From: Chromera velia | Lineage: Eukaryota | Assembly (NCBI GenBank): GCA_018398765.1 | Contig: JAHBMJ010000461.1 | Coordinates: forward strand, 1 to 46,596 | Length of the DNA: 46,596 bases | Direction of reading: 5' to 3' | Shown: one piece after another, positions 11,501-22,400 of the stretch | Layout: each line of letters begins with the position of its first letter | How positions within the stretch are numbered: position 1 is the stretch's first letter | Position numbers and translations under genes: made by a program | The notes under the pieces: generated by a model | What the model was told of the DNA's origin: nothing | What the model saw: only the letters and a program-made list of their open reading frames with translations | Database searches by the model: none

Positions 11501-13720
11501 TCGCTTGCTGAAAAAGAAGGTGAAGTTTGAATGGAAAAAAGAGCAGCAAGCGAGCTTTGAGACAGTGAAAGAAGCCGTGAAGAAAGTAATGGAATTCTTT
11601 GTTCCCGAACCCACCCACCCGTTTGAGGTCTTTGCAGATGCCTGCGAAAAGACCTCAACGCTCGCGGCGGTGTTGATGCAGAAGGACCCACAGGTCAGAA
11701 TTCTGCGTCTGTGTGCCTTCGCATCAAGAACGATGAGCCCCGCAGAGAAGAACTATCATATCAAAGACAAAGAATTTTTGGCGTGTGTGTTTGCTGTAAA
11801 GATTTGGCGTCCGTATGTCTCTTGCACTACTCAAGTGTGGAGCGATCATGAATCTTTGAAAACGATTACGTCGACTGCTGATCAGATGCAAATGTCTCCG
11901 CGCATGCATCGTTGGGTGATGTTGTTTGATCAGATTGGAATCGTTCCTCGCTATGTGCCGGGATCAAAAAATCGGGTGGCGGATGCATTGAGTAGAAAGC
12001 CAGAGAGAAAGACAGAGGCAAACAGAGAGACAGAGGAGAAGAGAGAGACAGAGGCAAACAGAGAGACAGAGGAGAAGAGAGAAACAGAGGCAAACAGAGA
12101 GACAGAAGAGAATAGAGAAACAGAGAAGAAAAGAAAGACAGAGGAGGAAAGAGAAAACGTTGAGGAAAAGAGTGAAGAAGAAGAAGAAGAAGACAGAGAG
12201 AAAAGAATTCTGGCGGGAATAGAAATGAGAGTGGACGTGGATGAAGAGTTCTTGAGAGAGATAAAGAGAGGATACAAGAAGGAAACATTCTTTCAGGAAC
12301 CGTATGAGGTGCTTAGGCATCCAGAAGAGCCGGTGCCTCGACACTTGAGAATAAGAATTCAATCATTCACTTTCATGGATGGCCTCCTGTATTTCAAAAA
12401 TCGTTTGGCCATCCTTACTGATACATTGCAGAGACAGATCATCTCAGAGCACCACGACACCGTGATGGGCGGACACCTAGGGCCAGAGAAGACTTTCTTG
12501 AAGGTGAACAGCAAGTTTTACTGGCCTAACATGTATCGCTCAGTGAAGAAATACGTGGCTTACTGTGATGTATGTTAGAGAGCAAAGCATTCAACACAGA
12601 AGAAACTAGGTTTGCTGAATCCGCTGCCCATCCCTGAATTTGCATATGAGAGTCTTTCTCTCGACTTCCTGTTTGATCTGCCGAGGACATTGTATTGGGG
12701 AAAGATTGTGGATGGAATTCTGTCTGTGGTTGACCGTCTGTCAAAAGATGCATTCTTTATTCCAGTGTGGGAGGAGATCACAGGAGAAGAAACTGCGTCT
12801 GTTGTGTTTGAAAGAGTAGTGTGTTCTATTGGTATGTTTCGGTCGCTCGTCTTTGATCGTGATCCTCGCTTTATTTCTGCCTTCTAGCGAGAGTTACAGA
12901 AGCTATGGAATTCAAAAATGAAAATGAGTTCCTCTCGACACCCACAGACAGATGGACAGACAGAGAGAGACAATAGGACGATCAGGGAGATGTTGCGATG
13001 TTTCGTGATGGACCATCAGGAAGATTGGGCCGAGGCTTTGCCTGCATGTAATTTTGCCTACAGAGACAGTGTTCATCCTGTGACTGGTCTCTCACCTTAC
13101 AGATTCACGCATGGGTTGATCCAATTTGTCTGCCTGCAGTGCCAGTTAGGGGAAGCTCGCTGTCGCCTTCTGCAGCGGACTTCGTCGTAAGATACAAGGC
13201 AGAGATCGCCCAGGCGAAGGAATTGTTGGAGCGGGCCAGAGAGACAGCAGCCCGCTATTATGATCGATACCGCAAGGAATTGGAGGTTGGTCCTGGAGAT
13301 TGGGTTTTGGTGCACAGAGAGTTCTTTGAACAAGAAAAGAGACTGGAAGGACAAAAAAGAAAGTTGGAGCCAATTTGGTTTGGTCCTTTCGAGGTAGGAA
13401 GAATAGTGACAAGAGGAGTGTATGAGCTTATCTTCCCGGCAGGTGTGCGCATTCACTCTGTAGTGAATGTAAGCTATTTGAAGAAGTATGTTAGAGAGCC
13501 GGAAGGTCCTCCACCTGCAGTCAGACTTCCTAAATTTGAAGGACCGGAATATGAAGTGGAGGAGGTATTGGAATGGAGAAAAATCGGTGGAAAGTCGCAT
13601 TATTTGGTGAGATAGAAGGGGTTCAGAAAGGAAGATACCTCATGGGAACCGGCAGAAAATCTTTTACGTGCAAAAGAAGCAATTGCCGACTTCAAGAGAA
13701 GAAGAATGCAAAGGAAGTGA
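8519..13720 (+). pseudogene. gag-pol polyprotein of element 1 (nonsense codons and two frameshifts)
   Basis: ATG 8519; Zn knuckle CFRCRLSGHSANRC; protease VLVDSGA; RT FIDDILI; RNase H FADAC/SDHESL/NRVADALSR; integrase HHCC, LSLDF, QTDGQTER; chromodomain EYEVEEVL...YLVR*KG...SWEPAENL; frameshifts near 10412 and 13115. Confidence 0.93.
12008..12145 (+). repeat. 36-bp in-frame tandem repeat (ETEANRETEEKR) in the RNase H-integrase linker
   Basis: Three near-perfect copies plus degenerate ones. Confidence 0.85.
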
Positions 13721-13977
13721 GGCTTGGGAGTGGATAGGTATGTGTGAGGGATGAGTTAGAGAAGGAGTTAGTAGAAAAGTTAGTGAGCTTCAAGGTGAGA
13801 GACAAATTAAGTAGGCGTGGACAAGCTGGACAAAGGAGGTGGTGCTGGGCAGGTGACTGGTTAGATCTGGTCGGTTGTGGCATACCGACGTCCATGCATA
13901 TTTCTCAACTGATTGATGCAGACCTGAGTACTCAGCCAAGGAACTGAGCGTGGACGTCAGTTTGGCGGACGGGCATG

Positions 13978-14296
13978 TGTGAGGGGCGTGCCTGGGGCTG
14001 AGACGTCGGGCTGTATATATGGTGGTGCGAGAGGTGCTGCCGGGGCATGAGCGCGTATAGTATAGGTACCGGGACCGGCTCGGAGACAGCTTGCCGCCGG
14101 GCCACGAGCACGCGCGATCAAATCGATTTTAGTGAAGGCTGCTATAGGACGAGGCCAAATAAATGCAGTTAATGGTTCGAGCAGCCTGGTGCATGAAGTG
14201 ATCAACAGACTGTTTGACTGGCTAGATTGAATACTGACGTTTCTAGGTCAAACGTACCTTCAGACCACCATATAGCATTGTACTGTTCATCTTACA
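13978..14296 (+). repeat. 3' LTR of element 1
   Basis: Direct repeat of 8093-8411, preceded by the atypical PPT ggcggacgggcatg. Confidence 0.95.
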
Positions 14297-14836
14297 CCAA
14301 CTACTAAACTCACTATATAAACTAGTATATAAAGTTAACCTAGAACTTGACTAGAAACTTAAGTGGCATTGTTTCAGGCTTTGTCAGGAATTTCATTTTG
14401 AAAATAACTTTTATAACATTAGTTTACATACATTACATACCTACATACATATATTCTTGATGGACAGAATTTAATGTATGTATTTATGTATAAACCATGC
14501 CTAGCAGTGAATGAGATAAGTGGATGAATGATCAAGTAACTGAGTAAGTGAGTGAATGTAGAAGAATAGTTTGATCTTCAATAACTCTGAAGACTTCAAG
14601 CTAGACTTTAAGTCACTTTGAAACTCTAGGATCACTTCAATTTTTGCCTAACAATTTCATTACACCTAACTTACTCTAACTATTTCATCACACCTATTGT
14701 GATACAATTATTTGTGTTACTGGTACTAGTGTATAGGGTATTGTGTCACAATTTGAATTATATCACACTACAGTTCCAGTGTAATTATGTATACAAATAA
14801 AATGATAGGAATCAACTTTAATGCTTCTAGCTAGGC

Positions 14837-15067
14837 CTAGGCTCTGCACTCCATAAATAAAAAAAAAGAAATAAAAGAAAGTTTCCGATCTTTTATCTTT
14901 TTTTTATTTATCTACTGAAAAGTATATATGGTTTTCAATGCAACACCCCATGCAACACTTTTACAACACTTGAACAACAGTTGTTTACCTATTGAATGCT
15001 GTGATAAATAAAAAAAAAACATTAAAAAAAAACCTTTTCTCATCTTTTGTTTTCTTTTTTCAGTCAA
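14837..15067. mobile_element. Degenerate MITE related to 5121-5344
   Basis: Two A-run/T-run modules flank a core whose reverse complement (aaacaactgttgttcaagtgttg) matches about 5196-5230; right boundary uncertain. Confidence 0.45.
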
Positions 15068-15793
15068 GGGGGCTCGGGTTTCAGGTCTGAGGTTAAACTT
15101 CGGACAGCAAGTTTACTAGCTCTTGAAACAAGTGAAAGTGGGGTAATGGGTCGAAGCGGGGCTTTAGACAGAGGAGGTACGTCTTCTTTTGTTCTTATTC
15201 CTCCATAGGTTCCGAACAAATGGTACTGTCGGGCGTCCTGCTCTTATGGGGGAAAAGACTGGTGGGGGGGTAGTCTGTTGTATACTATATACAGGTTTTG
15301 TCTTTTCCGAGGACCGGGGCACCTCCGTCGGAGTCCGTCTGGCGTGTGTGCTTAAGACTGAAGCGAAGGGGCCGCCTAGTCTTGTAAGCCTTCAAATGCT
15401 CCATGGAACCTAAGTTACATAACGAATTTCTGCATAACATGCCGGGTTGGCCAGAGCCTAAGAGGTGGCTTACCGGCTTTAACCATTCATGTAGTGCAGA
15501 GCCTAGAGCTAGACTTAATTGTAATAAGCCACTTATAGAGAGGAGGCGGCCAAGTCGGTCCCGGACCACTGCGTTGCATGTCGGCGTGGCGTGGCTTGAG
15601 GTATTACGGAGAAAATGTATGCATCGATCCATCTTGTGAAGTTGCTTGGTAAAACACTTAGAGTGCATGATTCGATAGAATAACTTTCGATTGATAAGAT
15701 CAAGCAGAAGCCGGACAGAAGTCTTACAATATTATTCCTGTATACAGAACCGTGTAAGTGACTGGATTGAGTCCTTGACTGGACCCTTCTAGC

Positions 15794-16037
15794 CTAGGCG
15801 ATGCACAGTGGTAAAAAAAAAAAAAAGAATAGACATGTCGAGATTTTTTTTTTCTTTTTTTTTTTTTTAGTCTAGTGGTTAAAGGTCCAAGCAAACTTAG
15901 CAAAGGTAGGTTTTGTAGTTAGATGTGTTTTTGTTATATGTTTGGCACTTCCAATAAAATAATAGAAAAAAAAATAAAAAAGATTAGGCTTCTCCAGATT
16001 TTTTTTTTCTTTTTTTTTATCACTGTGCGTCGCCTAG
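15794..16037. mobile_element. MITE with CTAG-GCG...CGC-CTAG ends
   Basis: TIR ctaggcgatgcacagtggtaaaa / ttttatcactgtgcgtcgcctag; same double A-run/T-run architecture as 5121-5344. Confidence 0.7.
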
Positions 16038-16768
16038 CTTCTAGCTCATTTCAAGGCTAGCAATGCCCATATCATGTTCTCCAATTATGATAATATAATT
16101 TTTGTAGGGTAGGGCTGCTACTACTAGGACATGTTTCATTCATCTTGAAAAGTTCAATGAAAACATGACATTCTATGATTTTTATCAGGTGAAGTCATTT
16201 TAATTTTTAAAGTTCGAGATTAAACTAATTTAAAGAGCTAGCCTATAGGAACTAGCTAAAGAGAGTCCAGCTCTGAGTCTTTTAGAGAGTTCTAGAGAGA
16301 AAATTATCGTGTTAAAACATTTTTAATGGCGCTATGTCTGCGTTGTCACACCGTTGTGCACGGTTCCAATTTGTGGATGATACAGTGCAGTGGGTAATGG
16401 TGGTTTTGCGTAATCTTGCTGCGACACTTGCTCAAATCCTTCCCATCTGCCGTCACTCGATGGCAGTCGAATCTGAGTCGATGCAAGTGTGATCTGCCAG
16501 ATTGAATTTTCAAAAGATTCCAGTGCATGCATGAATGCACATGCAATCAAATCCACAAAAGCGCACAGGCAATTAAAGTGCAATGATCTAGGCAATAATC
16601 CAATGATGTCAAGCTAGGAAACAAACAGATCTGACCGACCTGCATGACTGCCATCCGAGGTCAGCGTGCATCGATCGATCAGTCGTCAGCCTGCTCGTTC
16701 GTCCACACGAATTTCTCTCGTCGCTTCGTTCTGACCGATTGTGTGTCTGCCTCTCTTCTCCATTTGCG

Positions 16769-16775
<7 letters not shown>

Positions 16776-16812
<37 letters not shown>

Positions 16813-16956
16813 CGCGCGCGCGCTCGCTCTCCATGACCGCGCGCCAAAGACAGAAAGGTGAAAAACATTTTTTTCTGTATACGTTTCTGCCTGCCATTTG
16901 TCTCTTCGTTCGTTCCTTCCTTCATTCCTTCCTTCCTCCCTCCCTCTTTCTTTCTT

Positions 16957-16987
<31 letters not shown>

Positions 16988-16991
16988 TTTT
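16776..16991. repeat. (CT)n / pyrimidine-rich microsatellites
   Basis: Seen directly. Confidence 0.8.
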
Positions 16992-17693
16992 CTTCCATCC
17001 TTCCTGTCTGTCCCTTGTTTCCCTAGTTGTTTCCTTCTCTTCTGTGCTCCGTGTCTGCCCGAGGAGGCCACGTAGAAATTCTCTCTCATACATGCGTGCA
17101 CGCAGCAGCAGACAAGATCCCTCGCGGTTCTTCGTCAATCATCCCAAGACTGGCTCCGAAATTCTCCGGTCACGCGCAGATCCAAGCACGCACAAATATG
17201 CACAGAGCTAGATGGAGGCGACGATATGCAAAAGCACACTGCCCGTCCATCAGTCCTCTCTTCAACAAATAGAGCAAGCACCAGCAACCAAAATGATGCC
17301 TCTACGTGGGCACACAGAGGTGAAAAAGTTCGGGTTCAGGTTCAGTCAGTGACACGGGCATTGGATGCATGCACAAAAATATTAATTGAGGCAAAAAATA
17401 GAATCCAAAAAGAAAAGGATGGACAGCACCGCTCCCCTACATGGGCACTCTTCCTTCCCTTACTCATTTACTCTTCAGGACTTCCAAAAATACAAAACAA
17501 CATACAAGCTCTCGCCACCCCGTCTGTATGGCTGCTCTGAAACCTCCTCACTCTGTCTCCATCCCTTCCTTTTTCTCTCCCCCTTTCTGCTCTCCTTTTT
17601 TTCCCCTTCTGGGGCAAACTTGGATGCATGGTTTTCACGAAGGTCCGCCAATCGCCTTCCCCGTTCTTTCTTCTCTATTCTTCCTTCCCTTCT

Positions 17694-18296
17694 TCAAGCA
17701 GGAATTCGTGCTCCACGAGACAGACGCGAGTCCAAAAAAGAACACACTCGCGCCTTCCATTCATCCAGTTGAGGACCAAAATTGGCAAAACCTGGCACCG
17801 TCTCGTTGCACATCTGGAGGGGCAGCACCTTCCGTGTGGACACTGCGGACAGCCACCTGTCTGCCTGTCGAGGAAACAGACAAAACCTGTCACCATAGAA
17901 CCAACCATCGCAGCCAAAACCAACCACCGCGTGCGGAATCTCACGCAGTCCGCTTCCACTGCTCTCAGTCGAGCTCCCACTGCTGTTGTCTCCTCCTTTC
18001 CTCCCTGCCGTCTCCGGGGTCTGGTCCCCGTCTCCTCCGGCCTTCTCGAGTTGCAGTGCGAAGCTCTGCGCATCCGGGGTGGGTCCCCCCGCAGCGTGTG
18101 TCGCCAGGAAGAAGAGGTGCAGTTCGTCCTTGGCATCTGGAGTGCGCAAGCTCATGTCTTGGTCCCATGAGGTGAGTGACTTGACTGTCACTGAAAGATC
18201 CGAAGTCGCATACTTTTTCGACAAAGCTTCCCCGAACTGCTCTGCCTCGAGCTTTGTCCTCCCATGGTAGCTCCCATACCAGATTGTCAGGTCCAT
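17694..18296 (-). CDS. Stand-alone flavodoxin-like (FMN-binding) protein, 200 aa
   Basis: ATG at 18296; MDLTIWYGSYHGRTKLEAEQF (P-loop-like), FFLATHAAGGPTPDAQSF, LREIPHAVVGFGC...FC...ADRWL follow the flavodoxin_1 pattern of MioC/CPR/TYW1-type domains; intronless open frame. Confidence 0.85.
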   Translation of the reverse strand: MDLTIWYGSYHGRTKLEAEQFGEALSKKYATSDLSVTVKSLTSWDQDMSLRTPDAKDELHLFFLATHAAGGPTPDAQSFALQLEKAGGDGDQTPETAGRKGGDNSSGSSTESSGSGLREIPHAVVGFGCDGWFYGDRFCLFPRQADRWLSAVSTRKVLPLQMCNETVPGFANFGPQLDEWKARVCSFLDSRLSRGARIPA

Positions 18297-18513
18297 TGTG
18301 AGCAGAGCCAACAACAAAGGTAACGTACAGCCTGCCTGACTGTGTAAGAAACTCTACAGAGACGCCGAAAGAGATGGACAGGCACTGCTACCCCTGGCAC
18401 ACAATTCCAAAAGTAGTCACCTGAACTGATTTGACTGGTCGACAGCCTGGTTTCGATGGACGATGGAACCTCCAACTTGTGTCGATTTGAAGGCAGTCGA
18501 ATTAAGTGACAAT

Positions 18514-18597
18514 CGTAGACTTGCGTGCGTCAGTATTGTGACTTGCCGTAGACTTGCGTGCGTCAGTATTGTGACTTGCCGTAGACTTGCGTGCGTC
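18514..18597. repeat. 33-bp minisatellite cgtagacttgcgtgcgtcagtattgtgacttgc, continuing at 18913-18944 and 24992-25065
   Basis: About 2.5 identical units here; diverged units directly flank both ends of element 2. Confidence 0.9.
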
Positions 18598-18641
18598 GCC
18601 TCGGGGGGCAGCTTAGCTTTGCTGAGATCAGCCGAGAGGCC
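18598..18641. repeat. Short dispersed repeat, second copy at about 25709-25753
   Basis: gcctcggggggcagcttagctttgctgagatcagccgagaggccct versus gcctcggggggcagctcagctctgctgaaatcagccgagaggccct. Confidence 0.7.
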
Positions 18642-18869
18642 CTAGCTGATATCACGCGATCACTCGATCTATTTTATTGGTTAATTCAATATACATTTCC
18701 CCTCGGAGGGCAGGTCAGCCCGGCCTGGGGGCCCTGAGAGAGCACGTACTTGCATAAACATACGGTTAACTAGCTAGCGCTTAAACGATGATTGAGGGTT
18801 TTTTCATGCATGCCACGTCCCCATATAGCTAGCTTAAACCACTGCACGCTGCCCCTAGACACCCCCCGA

Positions 18870-18897
18870 GGCACTCACCCAACTGGTTGGGTATATC
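18870..18897. repeat. Short dispersed repeat, second copy at about 44691-44718
   Basis: ggcactcacccaactggttgggt(a/g)tatc occurs at both sites. Confidence 0.65.
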
Positions 18898-18944
18898 ACG
18901 TCTAATCACGTCTGTATTGTGAGTTGCGGTAGACTTGCGTACGT

Positions 18945-19251
18945 TGTAAGCTGTTTTACTGGAGTCTTAGTATTATCAGATAAAGGTGGTTAAAGTCTGA
19001 CAGACATCGGTTGGTTTGGTCTAGCAGTTAATGTCAATCTCGAGCATTCTTAGTAATGACGTCAAGCAGACACATCAAGCATACGCTTCACTGAAATCAC
19101 TTAATGAAAGCATGCCCGACTTCACGATGCACGGCCTCGTGATACATCTATGCATGCTATGTGGCCCAGGTCCTCCGTTCGGCCCACATCTGCCTAACGC
19201 TTGCCAACCCTTTATTACTCAGTCTTCTTATTAGGCGGAATGCCCCTCACA
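18945..19251 (-). repeat. 3' LTR of element 2
   Basis: Direct repeat of 24685-24991, about 24 substitutions. Confidence 0.95.
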
Positions 19252-19473
19252 CTTGCCCGCCTTTCAAGCCAACGTCCACGCTTAGCTCTGAAGACTAATA
19301 TATTAATCATATATCCATCGAGCGATCGGACAATCAATTCTCATACTTATCTATCTTCTCATCAAGCGCTTATCTAGCATGCCCTCAAGGTGGGTCATGG
19401 GGCTTATCTAGCTGAGTCATCATCATATATTGTCTCTCACCCTATGCCTTTCCTCCCTCACACTGCCTGTCTG

Positions 19474-22400
19474 TCATTTTTCTTTCCTTTTGAAATCAGC
19501 GATCCTTTCTTTTGTTCTCTCAAGATTCTTCGCTGGCTCCCATGAAACATCATTCACTCCAAACCCTTTCCATTTGACTAAATAATGCTGCTTCCCTGAA
19601 ATTCTCTTGCTGTCCAAAATTCTATCTACCTCGTACTCAGGGCCCTCGAACCTCGGAAGTCTAACTGCAGGTGGAGGGTGACCCGGCTCTCTCACATACT
19701 TCTTCAGATAGTTCACATTTACCACAGGATAAATGCAAACTCCTACCGAAAAGATCAACTCATACGCTTCCCATGTGATTGCCCTCTCTACCTCAAAAGA
19801 ACCAAACCACACAGGCTCAAGCTTCCTCTTTACTCCCTCCGGCCTTCTTTCTTGTTCAAAAAATTCTCTATGCACTAACACCCAATCTCCTGGACCCAAC
19901 TCTAGTTCCCTATGATGACGATCATAATAGCGAGCTGCCGTTTCCCTTGCTCGCTCCAAGCACTCCTTCGCTTGTACCATCTCTGCCTTGTATTGTGTAG
20001 CGAAATCAGCTGCTGCCGGAGATAGCAAACTTCCCCGAACAGGCACTACAGGCAGTCGGATTGGATCAAAGCCATGTACAAATCTAAATGGTGACAGACC
20101 TGTCACTGGATGCACACTGTCTCTATATGCAAACTGACATGCCGGCAAAGCCTTGGCCCAGTCTTCCTGATGGTAGATCACGAAACATCTCAACATCTCC
20201 CTGATCGTTCTGTTGTCTCTCTTCGTCTGTCCGTCTATCTGCAGGTGTCTGGAAGAGCTCATCTTGATTTTTGATTTCCAGAGTCTTTGCAATTCTTGCC
20301 AAAATGCAGAGATGAAGCGAGGATCGCGATCAGAGAGAAGAGAACGAAACATACCGACCAAGCATACCACTCTCTCGAATACAATCGATGCTATCTCTTC
20401 TCCTGTGACCTCTTCCCACACCGGGATGAAAAATACATTCTTTGACAAACGATCAACAACAGAGAGAATTCCATCCACAATTTTTCCCCAGTACAACGTT
20501 CTCGGCAGACCAAACAGGAAGTCGAAAGAAAGAGATTCATACGGACACTCAAGGATAGGCAAAGGATTGAGTAGACCAGGTCTTTTCTGGGTGGAATGTT
20601 TTGCTCTCTGACAGGCATCACACCGAGCCACATACTTCTTGACTGATGAATATATGTTGGGTTAGTAGAACTTACTGTTCAGCTTGAAAAATGTCTTTTC
20701 TAGCCCTAGATGTCCTCCGACCACCGTGTCATGGTGCTCGAAGATCATCTACCTCTGTAGAATATCAGTCGGAATGGCCAATCTGTCTTTGAAATAAAGA
20801 AAGCCATCAACGAGAGTGAATGGTTGAATTCTTATTCTCAAGTGTCGAGGCATAGGCACCTCTGGATGCTTCAATACTTCGATGAGCTCCTGAAAGAATC
20901 TTTCTTTTTTGTATCCTCCTTTCACTTTCTTCAAGAACTCATCATTCACATCCACTCTCATTTCGATGCCTGCTAATAGTCCTTTCACTTCCTTTTCTTC
21001 TTCCTTTCTCTTTTCAGTCTTTTCTTCCGCTCCCTGCTTTTGCTCAGTTCTCACAGGCTTTCTGCTCAATGCATCTGCCACCCGATTCTTACTTCCAGGC
21101 ACGTATCGAGGCGTGATACCTATCTGGTCCAACAATAAAACCCAATGACGCATACGAGGAGACATTTGCATTCGATCGGCAATCGACGTGACTATCTTCA
21201 AACTTTCATGATCACTCCATACCTGGGTCGTGCACGAAACGTACGGATACCAGATCTTGACTGCAAACATACAAGCGAGGAACTCTTTGTCTCTGATATG
21301 GTAGTTCTTCTCTGCTGGGCTCATTGTTCTCAAAGCAAATGCACACGGCCGAAAGATCCTAACATGTGGATCCTTCTGCATGAGCACAGCAGCAACAGTT
21401 ACAGTCTTTTCACATGCATCAGCAAAAATTTCGAATGGACGAGTAGGATCAGGAATGTACAATTCAGTCACCTGCTTGACTGCTTCTTTAACTGCCTCAA
21501 AACTCGCCTGCTGCTCTTCTTTCCACTCAAACTTCACCATCTTTTTCAGTAAGCGATAAAGAGGCGCAGCCTTCTTGCTGAATTCAAACATCAAACGTCT
21601 CACCCAAGAAGCCAAACCAAGAAAAGAATGCAACTCACTCACATTCTTGGGCACTAGCCAGTTTTCTATCTCTTCTGTTTTCTTTGTCTCTGGCCTCACT
21701 CCTTTTTCTGAGATCCTCAGCCCCAAGAATGTCACCTCTCTTTGAAAAAAATGATACTTCGACAGCTTTGCAAACAAATTTGCCTGTCTGAGAAGAAAAA
21801 GATCACAAGAGACATACCGTTCATATTCCTCTCTCGTCTTTGAATAAATTAGAATATCATCCAAAAATACAGATACATACCGATCAAAGCACTCCCTCAA
21901 CACATACTGAATCAATTGCATGGCTGCCGGGGGGGCATTCGTTAATCCAAAAGAGACCACCAGCCATTTATAACTCCCATACCTCATCGTGAAGGCTGTT
22001 TTGGGCACGTCTTTCTCTCTTATTCTCATCTGATGGTAGTACTGCCGAAGATCAAGAGCCGTGAAAAATTTTGTCCCATACAGCCTATCGATCAAATCTT
22101 GAGGATGAGGCAATGGATGCTTGTTCTTCATTCTGATTCTATTTAATCCCCTATAGTCACAACATATCCTCATTGTCCCATCCTTCTTTACCACAAACAA
22201 AACTGGTGCTGCAAAAGGAGAACAAGACCGTCGAATGAATCCTTGCTTCAAATATGTATCAACTTGCTTCCTCAATTCATCCAGCTCACCCAAAGAGAGA
22301 CGATAGGGTGGGCGAGCTGGAGGCGGGTGTCTTGGTTCGAGATCTATCTTGAAGTCAAGTCCTTCCCTCCGGGACGGCGGCAACCCTGTCAAGGAATCAA

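Larger units (their letters stand above)
8093..14296 (+). mobile_element. Full-length Ty3/gypsy chromovirus LTR retrotransposon (element 1), inactivated
   Basis: 319-bp LTRs TGTGAG...CTTACA, perfect 5-bp TSD CCAAC (8088-8092, 14297-14301), order gag-PR-RT-RH-IN-chromodomain, degenerate iMet-like PBS (tagcagtagagcc) at about 8414. Confidence 0.97.
7041..14504. mobile_element. hAT-like non-autonomous TIR element (~1.25 kb without the gypsy insert)
   Basis: TIR ctaggcatggtttata / tataaaccatgcctag; perfect 8-bp TSD cagtgaat at 7033-7040 and 14505-14512; no recognisable transposase. Confidence 0.85.
6363..14783. mobile_element. Non-autonomous TIR DNA transposon, outer shell of the nest (~950 bp without inserts)
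   Basis: TIR tacactggaactatagtgtg (6363) / cacactacagttccagtgta (14783). Flanking duplication attatgta (8 bp), or aattatgtat (10 bp) if the ends are 6364/14782. Subterminal tgtgtcataat-like repeats at both ends. Confidence 0.75.

Noticed and set aside
15120..15780. Short overlapping ORFs between two MITEs
   Set aside because: No recognisable domain in the frames I read; probably a decayed repeat that I could not classify.
18514..18597. 33-bp repeats as a CRISPR array
   Set aside because: The units are head-to-tail with no unique spacers, there are no cas genes, and the context is eukaryotic.
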